Of a stretch of DNA of 64,000 nt, positions 1-7,527 are shown piece by piece; positions within the stretch are counted from its first letter, which is position 1, and every line of letters starts with the position of its first letter. The notes beneath the pieces are model-generated. The model saw only the letters and a list, made by a program, of their open reading frames with translations. It did no database searches and was not told the origin of the DNA. The position numbers and the translations under genes are program-made. Source of the DNA: a bacterium (GTDB taxonomy: Bacteria > Sumerlaeota > Sumerlaeia > SLMS01); contig WGMQ01000008.1 of assembly GCA_016125005.1 (NCBI GenBank), forward strand, positions 44,606 through 108,605. Direction: 5' to 3'.

Positions 1-22
1 ATCGGCGGCTGGGGGAGCGGTC

Positions 23-691
23 ATGCGCTTGGCGTACTTGTCCATTTGGTGGGAAGGACTCTTGGATCCGGCGAAGGCCGTCGCGCTGATCCGCGGGGAT
101 CCGTCTGTTACAGGGTTCGGACGATGGCTGCTCATCATCGTTTTCTTCATGCTCGCCATCTATGGCGTCAGCATGGGGCTGTTCAATAGCGGCCTCGCTG
201 CGGCGGTTTCCGCCGTCAAGCTACCGCTTCTCTATCTCTGCACGCTGCTTGTCTGCTTTCCGGCACTGTACGTTTTCAATCATCAGTCGGGACCGCGCCT
301 GACGGTTCGCCAAACGGGACGCCTGTTGCTCATGGCAGTGAGCGTCAACGCGGTGGCTCTTTGCAGTTTCGCGCCCGTCGGATACTTCTTTGTCCTGACC
401 ACTTCCCGTGACGGGTACGAGTTTCTGGTCCTCATGCACGTGGCGGTGTTTGGATTTGCCGGAGCCATCAGCATCGGCGTCGTGGCGCATTTGTTCTCGG
501 CTGTCTGCCAGGCGACGGGTCGGGCGCTCCGTTGGCAATTTCTACTTTCGTGGGCATTCCTGTATATGCTTGTCGGCACCCAGATGTCCTGGGCGCTGCG
601 TCCGTGGTTCGGTGCCGCGGGCATCGAGTACGAGATCCTGAGGGGCCGCGAAGGTTCCTTCATCCAGGCCGTTTGGGGCCTGCTACACTAG
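23..691 (+). CDS. Yip1-like polytopic membrane protein (about 5 TM, conserved WALRPWF motif)
   Basis: Hydrophobic helices and a Yip1-type layout. It is a tandem paralog of the next gene (shared motif SWALRPWF / AWVLRPF). Confidence 0.5.
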   Translation: MRLAYLSIWWEGLLDPAKAVALIRGDPSVTGFGRWLLIIVFFMLAIYGVSMGLFNSGLAAAVSAVKLPLLYLCTLLVCFPALYVFNHQSGPRLTVRQTGRLLLMAVSVNAVALCSFAPVGYFFVLTTSRDGYEFLVLMHVAVFGFAGAISIGVVAHLFSAVCQATGRALRWQFLLSWAFLYMLVGTQMSWALRPWFGAAGIEYEILRGREGSFIQAVWGLLH

Positions 692-710
692 ACCAAAGGA
701 GGAGTTAATC

Positions 711-1550
711 ATGAGCTTGCCGCCATACCCCGAGGAATCCCTGCCGCCACCGTCGCCGTCTCCGGCCAGGCCGGAGAGCACCGTCGCCCTGCCCCAAGGC
801 TTCTTCGCCAGGCTGGACTTCTTTCTCCAGAATCCCCACGAGATCACCTGCCGTTTGCGCGATGGGAAGGATCTCCCCACGCTGATCCGCATGTTCTTCA
901 CCCTGAGCATCGTGAACTGTGCGATCTACGGCGGGGTCATGGGCGGGAATAACCTGCTCCAAGGGGCGGACATGATCCTGTGGCAGAAGCTGGCCCTTAT
1001 CATCACCACGGGTATCAAGGTGCCCATTCTCTTCCTGCTCACCCTGCTGATCGTGCTGCCGCCGATCTATGTCTCGAACTCGTTCTCGGGAGCCCGCCTT
1101 TCCTTCATGCAGGTCCTTGCCACGCTACTTGGGTCCATCGCACTGGCATCGACGATCCTGGCCAGCCTGGCAACGGTGGCGCTCTTCTTCTCGCTGACGA
1201 CGATGAGCTACGATTTCATCAAGCTGCTGCACGTCGGGTTCTTCGCCTATGCCGGCCTGAGCGGGATTCTGTTCCTCGTGCGGCAACTGGAAGGGGTCAC
1301 GTTGATCATGAAGACCCCGCTTCATTTGCAGGTCGCTTGGCTGATCCTCTACATCTTCGTCGGGACCCAGCTCGCGTGGGTGCTGCGGCCATTCATTGCA
1401 TCGCCCAACGAACCCTTTCAGGTCCTGCGCAGCCGCTCGGGCAGCTTCTACGAATCGGTGCAGCATTCGGCTTTCCTGATGATCACGGGAAAGACCGAAA
1501 AGCCCGGCCCCTCACCGGAGAAACCATCCGCGCGCGAGGAAGGATACTGA
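711..1550 (+). CDS. Yip1-like membrane protein, tandem paralog with Pro-rich N-terminal extension
   Basis: An AGGAGT RBS precedes the ATG at 711. The N-terminus is Pro/Ser-rich, followed by 5 TM helices whose fold resembles the previous ORF. Confidence 0.5.
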   Translation: MSLPPYPEESLPPPSPSPARPESTVALPQGFFARLDFFLQNPHEITCRLRDGKDLPTLIRMFFTLSIVNCAIYGGVMGGNNLLQGADMILWQKLALIITTGIKVPILFLLTLLIVLPPIYVSNSFSGARLSFMQVLATLLGSIALASTILASLATVALFFSLTTMSYDFIKLLHVGFFAYAGLSGILFLVRQLEGVTLIMKTPLHLQVAWLILYIFVGTQLAWVLRPFIASPNEPFQVLRSRSGSFYESVQHSAFLMITGKTEKPGPSPEKPSAREEGY

Positions 1551-1558
1551 GCGCGCCC

Positions 1559-2956
1559 TCAACCCACCGGCAGCCGCAGCTTCGCCACGCACTCCACGTG
1601 GTAGGTCTGCGGGAACATGTCCACCGGCGTTACCTGTTCAAGGCGATATCCAGCCGCGAGGGCGCTCTCCAGATCGCGCGCCATGGTCGTCGGGTTGCAC
1701 GAAACGTATGCCATCACCGGAGCGCGGAGCGCCAAGAGCTGATCGAGGGCCTTCGCATCCATGCCGCCGCGGGGCGGATCGACCACCAGACGGTCGATCC
1801 GTCCCTCGATGGCGTTGACCATCGTCGGGAGCGTCAGGCGCATGTCGCCCGCCATGAAGGTTGCCTTGCCCACCCCGTTGCGCGTGGCGTTCTCCCGCGC
1901 GTCCCAGATGGCTTCCTGGATGATCTCGATTCCGTACAGCTCGCGAACCTGGTCGGAGCAGAAGATGCCGATGGTGCCCGTGCCGCAGTAGGCGTCGAAG
2001 AGCCGCTCGCCGCCGGTCAGCTCCAGCGCCTCGCGGGTCGTCTCGTAAAGCTTCTCCGCACCGAGCGTGTTCGTCTGGAAGAATGACGCCAGCGAGACGC
2101 GGAAGTTGAAGCGCCCGAGCTGTTCCTCGAAGGTCGATTCGCCACGGGTTGCCAGCACCACGCGGGCGCGGGCAATGTCGCTGACCGTGTCGTTGAGACC
2201 CCACGCGAGCCCCTTCAGCGTCGGCTCGGCGGCAAAGAGCGCGTCCGCCATCGCCGCGAAGTCCAGCTTCTCGTCACCGGTCAGCAGCAGCGCGATCAGC
2301 GCGTTCTCCTTCACGCTGTGGCGGATCACAAGCTGCCTCATGCAGCCGGACTGAAGCTCCGGAGTCCAGGCGTCGAGCCCCTGGCGCTCGCCCTCCGCGA
2401 CCGCCGCCCGAAGGATCCTTTCCGACGAATCCGTGGCCAGATGGCATTGCTGGGCATCCAGGATTTCGCGCCAGTTGGACGGACGATGGAACCCGCCGAT
2501 CAGCTTGCCATAGCGGTCGCGCTGGAAGGTGAACTCCATCTTGTTGCGATAGCGCCAGGTCTGCGGGCTTTCGACAAGCGGCCTGAACTCGACCGCATCC
2601 AGTCCCGGGAGCGACCGGAGCGAATCGCGCACGATGCGTTCCTTCGCGGCACGCTGGGCCTCGATGGGGACGTGCTGCCAGGTGCAACCGCCGCACGCTC
2701 CGAAGAGGCTGCAACGGGGCTCGACCCGCATGGGACCGGGCACGACGACTTCCTCAAGTGCCGCCTCGCCGTAGCTGGACTTCGCCTTCACCACGCGAAC
2801 CTTGGCCCGGTCGCCGGGCGCCGCCCCACGGCAAAAGATCACAAAGCCCTCATGCCGACCCACCGCGTCGCCGCCGTAGGCCAACGAATCGAACGTGACT
2901 TCCAGAAGGTCTCCCTTCCGGGGGCGCTTGCGCTGGTCGTCGTTCTTGGGGCTCAT
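1559..2956 (-). CDS. rlmD: 23S rRNA (uracil-C5)-methyltransferase RlmD/RumA (TRAM domain + 4Fe-4S Cys cluster + SAM MTase)
   Basis: TRAM-like N-terminus (GDLLEVTFDSLAYGGDAVGR). Cys cluster CSLFGACGGCTWQH. MTase motifs (DAYCGTGTIG, C-terminal PVDMFPQTYHVECV). The start was moved to the ATG ending at 2956, which has an AAGGAA RBS. The longer track ORF (to 3082) is probably an upstream over-extension. Confidence 0.85.
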   Translation of the reverse strand: MSPKNDDQRKRPRKGDLLEVTFDSLAYGGDAVGRHEGFVIFCRGAAPGDRAKVRVVKAKSSYGEAALEEVVVPGPMRVEPRCSLFGACGGCTWQHVPIEAQRAAKERIVRDSLRSLPGLDAVEFRPLVESPQTWRYRNKMEFTFQRDRYGKLIGGFHRPSNWREILDAQQCHLATDSSERILRAAVAEGERQGLDAWTPELQSGCMRQLVIRHSVKENALIALLLTGDEKLDFAAMADALFAAEPTLKGLAWGLNDTVSDIARARVVLATRGESTFEEQLGRFNFRVSLASFFQTNTLGAEKLYETTREALELTGGERLFDAYCGTGTIGIFCSDQVRELYGIEIIQEAIWDARENATRNGVGKATFMAGDMRLTLPTMVNAIEGRIDRLVVDPPRGGMDAKALDQLLALRAPVMAYVSCNPTTMARDLESALAAGYRLEQVTPVDMFPQTYHVECVAKLRLPVG

Positions 2957-3378
2957 TCGGGATTCCTTACCGGGGCGATTGCGGGCAGATGGTTCGCGAA
3001 CCGCCCCCCGCAGAGCAAGCCCGCGTTTGGCAGGACGAGCAGGGGGGGGCGAGAGGGGGGTGCAGCTCCTCACCCAACCCATTGGTGGGCACGCACCATG
3101 TCTGGATCATCACCAAGGCGTTGATAAGTTCCGACGCGTGTCCCGGCAGGGACAACTGACTGTAGCCTGCCAATTCATTGGCGGGAACCGATTGATTGGG
3201 AATTCTCGTGCCGGATGGCACGACCGAAGGACGCGGTCGGCGCAAGATATGGCCGGGGCTCAGGCGTGCCATCCGGCACGCACTTTCACACAAACCCTCT
3301 GCAGGCTGCCCTTGAAACGGCCGGCTACCTCGGGCGTCCCATCGGGACGTTCCTACGGACGGTTTCATCCCCACAATC

Positions 3379-3485
3379 CGCTCGACAAACAGCTTTACGT
3401 TCGCGACCGTTGACCGGTGGTTGAACGACGATCAGGTGGGGTTGGTGATGGCGGAATCGAACAGCTCGGGGAGCCTCGCGGTGCT
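3379..3485. repeat. Direct repeat copy 1 (about 108 bp) upstream of a small membrane-protein gene
   Basis: ccgctcgacaaacagctttacgttcgcgaccgttgaccggtggttgaacgacgatcagg... is about 88% identical to copy 2 at 3936-4043. Confidence 0.8.
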
Positions 3486-3556
3486 CCCTTTCTCTATCGT
3501 AACCCGTGGAGGCCCGTTTTTGCGACCTTCGGTGAAGGAGAGAGGGATAGCCCCAT

Positions 3557-3916
3557 ATGCTAGGACAACGAACCCCCTTCGGCGATTCTCGGCTCACTGC
3601 GGTTTGGTTGTCTGGTCCATTGGGTGCGGGCGTGGGAGGTGTCATTGGCCTGAAGTACCTCTACCTCGATGGCGCTCTCGGTCTGCTTGGGGCGCTTGTT
3701 GGATTGTTCAACGGGTTTGCCCTGGGTCTCTTTCTTCTATTGATAGTTCCGGCAAAGGATCCGGTTCTGTCGGGAGCCGTTGCGTGTGGGCTTGGGGCGG
3801 CCACACTGCTTCTATTGCCATCGTTTGACCCCCTGCTGGACGGAGCGATTTCGAATGTTGTGGTTCCGATTTACTTCGCGTTGCTCGCCCCCCGTGTAGG
3901 AGTAGCGCGCGAGTGA
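3557..3916 (+). CDS. Small Gly/Leu-rich membrane protein (119 aa)
   Basis: ORF with 3 predicted TM helices. It lies immediately downstream of repeat copy 1. The RBS is weak. Confidence 0.35.
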   Translation: MLGQRTPFGDSRLTAVWLSGPLGAGVGGVIGLKYLYLDGALGLLGALVGLFNGFALGLFLLLIVPAKDPVLSGAVACGLGAATLLLLPSFDPLLDGAISNVVVPIYFALLAPRVGVARE

Positions 3917-3935
3917 CCGTCCCCGCCCTGCAAAG

Positions 3936-4043
3936 CCGCTCGACAAACAGCCTCACGTTCGCGACCGTTGATCGGCGGTTGAGCGACGATCAGGCGGGGT
4001 CGGTGTTGGCTGGGTCGAACCGCTCGGGGAGCCTTGCGATGCG
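3936..4043. repeat. Direct repeat copy 2 (about 108 bp)
   Basis: Second copy of the 3379-3485 element. It is followed by a second small membrane-protein gene. Confidence 0.8.
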
Positions 4044-4159
4044 GCATGATCAGGACGCCTTCGGCAACAGGCAGAGGTCGTGGTAGCTTGGAAACCTCGG
4101 CTTGGCGGTCCCATTTCATCTCCCAATTGTGAGCCATATAGAGGGTGGAGGACTCAAGA

Positions 4160-4326
4160 TGCCGTCGGTCAGTCGTCGCACATTGGTTGGTCTCCTGATT
4201 GCGGGCGGAGCTGTTCTTGTGCTCGGAATTGGTTTCGGTTCCCCCCTACGGGAGTTTGTGATCGGTGCGGGCGCCGGGTTGCTTGGAGTGTCGGCTGTCT
4301 GGCTCGTGGGTTCTTTCGCGCGCTGA
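4160..4326 (+). CDS. Small Gly-rich membrane protein (55 aa from ATG with GGAGGA RBS)
   Basis: A strong GGAGGA RBS lies 6 nt upstream of the ATG at 4160. The product is a two-TM Gly-rich peptide, analogous to the 3557 ORF. Confidence 0.35.
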
Positions 4327-4440
4327 CCGCCGTTTTCGGGGCTGTTCCCAGTACCGCTTGCAACCGGCGGGGCTGCGCTGCAAGGTCCTCGCGAGTTCAC
4401 GAGGCTCCGCTGCGCGGGGCCCCCGGAGGCAGTTTCGTTC

Positions 4441-6015
4441 ATGGGCAAGCCACTGGTCGCGGTCGTTTTGGGAACGCGGGCCGATTTCAACGTCATGAAG
4501 CGGTCGCTCGAATCGCTTCGCGTCATGGGCGTCCCTTATGTGTTTGAGATGGCTTCGGCCTGGAAGACGCCGGACCGCTTGGCGCGATTCGCCACCGGGG
4601 CCATCGACCAGGGAATCGAGGTCATCATCTGCGCCAGCGGCGGCTCTGCGGCCATTGCGGGCGTGATCGCCAGCCACACGACGCTCCCGGTCATCGCCAT
4701 CCCCATCGATGCGACTCCGCTTCGCGGCCAGGACGCGCTGTATAGCCTCGTGCAGTCTCCGCCCGGGCACCCCGTCGCTGTCGTCGGGATCAACAACAGC
4801 GAGAACGCCGTCCTCCTCGCCACGCAGATCCTCGCGAATAAATATCCGAGATTCCGTCAGGTGCTCCACCACGCCCGCACGGTGGCGGCCCAGAAGATCG
4901 AGGCCACCTGGAAGGAGCTCGCCAACGAGTATCCGGACCTCTGCCAGGTGGAGAAGACCGCGCCGAATCTTGGCCGCGGCACCGCCTCCGACCGTGAGAC
5001 GGATCCGGGGGACGACGTGACGCCCGCGCCCGATCAACCGACAGCGCTCAACCCGGACCGCATCCGGCCCGGCGCGACTCTTGGCCGCCCCAATCCCCTC
5101 CCGCGCATTGATGCGGAGGCCCTCGTCGCCACTCCCGAGCCCCAGGAACCCGGCAACCAGACGGAAGACCGCACGCCGGACTTCGAGGACAACAAGACCA
5201 ACGTTCGCCCCATCCCCGATTTTCCTCCGCCGCCTCGTCTTTCCGACCTGACTCCCCTTGCCGTTCCCGAGCGCCCCATCCGCGTGCAGGACACCCCGCT
5301 CGATGTGGAGCGCATTTCTCCGCCCACCCCCTTCGACAAGGCCATCAATCTGGCTGAGGCCTATGTCGATACGAAGGTCTTCCAGATCAAGCATGACGAT
5401 CCGGACGAGGACGTGCTGGCGCATGCCATGATGGTTCTTCTGGAGGGCGGCATCGTCGCCTTCCCGACCGACACGGTCTACGGCCTCGCCGCGGACGCCA
5501 CGAATGCCAGCGCCGTGAAGCGTCTATACGAGACCAAGGGGCACGAGGCCAGCCGCAAGTCTCTCTCCGTTCTCATCCACTCGCAGGACCTGCTCGAGAC
5601 ACTCGTTCGCGAAGTGCCCGCCTCGATCGAATCGGTGCTCGAGAAGCATTGGCCGGGTGGTCTTTCCGTGCTCTTCTACAAACACCCCAACGTGCTGCCG
5701 ACCGTGAGCGAATCGCCGTCGATTGCCGTGCGCATCCCCAACGACCCGCTGGCGCTCAAGGTGCTGGAACTGGTGGGGCGCCCGTTGGTCGTCATCAACG
5801 CGTCGTTGGGATCCTCGCCAGCGGCGGTCGACGCGCGCCATGTGCTGGATCGCTTCGAGGGGAAGATCAACTGCGTCCTCGACGCCGGGCCGTGCAAGAC
5901 CGGCAGCACGTCGACGGTTCTCAGTGTGTTGTCGGAACCTTTCGAGATCCTGCGCGACGGCGCCGTCCCCGCATCCGATATTCGCAAGATTCTCGGCGGG
6001 CGTCTGAAAGAGTGA
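4441..6015 (+). CDS. Fusion protein: N-terminal PurE-like (AIR carboxylase/N5-CAIR mutase fold) + Pro-rich linker + C-terminal TsaC/YrdC/Sua5-like threonylcarbamoyl-AMP synthase domain
   Basis: N-terminus: VAVVLGTRADFNVM...GIEVIICASGGSAAIAGVIASHTTLPVIAIPI...VAVVGINN (PurE family). C-terminus: GGIVAFPTDTVYGLAADATNASAVKRLYETKGHEASRKSLSVLI (YrdC signature). About 120 aa between the domains are Pro-rich and low-complexity. Confidence 0.8.
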   Translation: MGKPLVAVVLGTRADFNVMKRSLESLRVMGVPYVFEMASAWKTPDRLARFATGAIDQGIEVIICASGGSAAIAGVIASHTTLPVIAIPIDATPLRGQDALYSLVQSPPGHPVAVVGINNSENAVLLATQILANKYPRFRQVLHHARTVAAQKIEATWKELANEYPDLCQVEKTAPNLGRGTASDRETDPGDDVTPAPDQPTALNPDRIRPGATLGRPNPLPRIDAEALVATPEPQEPGNQTEDRTPDFEDNKTNVRPIPDFPPPPRLSDLTPLAVPERPIRVQDTPLDVERISPPTPFDKAINLAEAYVDTKVFQIKHDDPDEDVLAHAMMVLLEGGIVAFPTDTVYGLAADATNASAVKRLYETKGHEASRKSLSVLIHSQDLLETLVREVPASIESVLEKHWPGGLSVLFYKHPNVLPTVSESPSIAVRIPNDPLALKVLELVGRPLVVINASLGSSPAAVDARHVLDRFEGKINCVLDAGPCKTGSTSTVLSVLSEPFEILRDGAVPASDIRKILGGRLKE

Positions 6016-6028
6016 GAACACTCCGCCC

Positions 6029-6910
6029 ATGACGGTCGTCTTCCTCAACGGCCAATTCGTCGACCAGCAGGACGCCGCCCTCGATCCGCTGGACCGCGGG
6101 GTGATGCTGGGCGATGGAATCTTCGAAACGATTCGGTTCGAGGAAGGCCACCTGCTGTTTCACGTCGCCCATTTTGCGCGGCTGGGGCGTAACGCCCGCA
6201 TCGTCGAGATCCCCTGGAACATGCCACCGGAGGAACTGCTCGCCCTCTGCCAGCAAGTGATCGACGCCAACAAGCTGCATCGTGGGCGATTGCGCATCAC
6301 GGTCACCCGTGGCGAGCTTGGTGCCAGCCCCGAGATCGGAGCCGCCAGCGGGGCCCCGACCGTCATCATCCACGCCACCTCCATCAACCAGGACGCGCTG
6401 GAATCCCAGCGCCAGCGCGGCTGGACCGCGACCGTGGCGCCCTTTCCCGTCAATCATCAGTCTCCCTTGGCTGCCGTGAAATCGACCAGCTATCAGGCGA
6501 ATCTGCTCGCGCGTCACACTGCTCGCCGCGATGGCTTTGACGAGGCGATCCTGCTCAACACGGATGGATTGCTGGCGGAAGGCGCCATGACCAACCTTTT
6601 CGTGGTCAAGGATGGGCGCGTGCTCACGCCACCTGTCCACGATGGCGCTTTGCCGGGAATATTGCGGCTCAAGCTTGGTATCATCTGTGCGCGGCTCGGC
6701 ATTCCCTGGGCCGAGGAATCGATCGCGTTGGAGCAACTGCTGGATGCCGACGAAGCCTTCCTGACCAACGTGGTCGTGGAGGTCATGCCCCTGGTCAAGG
6801 TTCGTGACCGGCGCATTGGGAGCGGTTCTCCCGGCGAGGTGGCCGACCGGCTTCAGCGGGCACACCGACTCGATGTTGACCAATTTCTTGCGACGATGCG
6901 GAAAGGATGA
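6029..6910 (+). CDS. Class IV (fold type IV) PLP aminotransferase, probably aminodeoxychorismate lyase (PabC) or a branched-chain/D-amino-acid aminotransferase relative
   Basis: Motifs typical of class IV aminotransferases: LDRGVMLGDGIFETIR, EAFLTNVVVEVMPLV. The 293-aa size is compatible with ADC lyase. Confidence 0.7.
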   Translation: MTVVFLNGQFVDQQDAALDPLDRGVMLGDGIFETIRFEEGHLLFHVAHFARLGRNARIVEIPWNMPPEELLALCQQVIDANKLHRGRLRITVTRGELGASPEIGAASGAPTVIIHATSINQDALESQRQRGWTATVAPFPVNHQSPLAAVKSTSYQANLLARHTARRDGFDEAILLNTDGLLAEGAMTNLFVVKDGRVLTPPVHDGALPGILRLKLGIICARLGIPWAEESIALEQLLDADEAFLTNVVVEVMPLVKVRDRRIGSGSPGEVADRLQRAHRLDVDQFLATMRKG

Positions 6911-6916
6911 AGCACG

Positions 6917-7520
6917 CGTGGGATTCGACGATATTCTCAAGAAACTCCTGAAGGGCGCCGCGAAGGGTGCCTTTGCGAAGGAGCATCGCAAGCGGCGTCG
7001 TCCCTCTTGGGAGGAGCAGGTCGCCTCGCGCGTGATCTCCGCCGTCGATGCCTACGTGGCGGGCCAGACCTCCGCACGCCAGACGCCACCGCCTGCGCCG
7101 CCGATGCCGCCTGCGGCGAGCACCGTTGCGAGTGTGCCGCCGCCGCTACCGCAGCAGGCGAGTCACCCCGCCGACGCCCGTGCCCTCACCATCATGCGCG
7201 CCATGGTCGCGGCCGCCAACGCGGACCACGAAATCGACGAGCACGAGCGCCGTCGAATCTTCGAGAAGGCCGAATTCATGGGCCTGAGCGACAGCGATCG
7301 TCGCTTGGTCCATGCGGAGTTCGAGCGACCCCACTCGGTCGCTGCCATCGCTCGTGAGGTGGGCGGTGACGCGGCACTCAGTCGGCAGGTCTATCTGGCG
7401 GCGTTGCTCGTCGTGGATCTCGACACGCAGTGCGAACGCATGTTCCTGACGCGACTCGCCATCGCCCTCGGGCTCCCGCCGAGCGAGGTGCAGGAACTGC
7501 ACGAGCAGGGCGAACTCTAG
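6917..7520 (+). CDS. TerB-like/DUF533-family protein (tellurite-resistance TerB fold) with Pro/Ala-rich N-terminal region
   Basis: C-terminal region MRAMVAAANADHEIDEHERRRIFEKAEFMGLSD...YLAALLVVDLD resembles TerB/DUF533. A GTG start with a GGAAAGGA RBS was chosen. The track ORF (from 6804) overlaps the previous gene. Confidence 0.5.
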
Positions 7521-7527
7521 CAGCGTC

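Noticed and set aside
980-2086. 368-aa plus-strand ORF
   Set aside because: It is antisense to the well-supported rlmD gene. Its translation is Arg/Ala/Pro-rich low-complexity sequence, typical of spurious ORFs in about 65% GC DNA.
4246-5424. 392-aa minus-strand ORF
   Set aside because: It is antisense to the PurE::TsaC fusion gene, with an Arg/Gly-rich low-complexity translation and no motifs.
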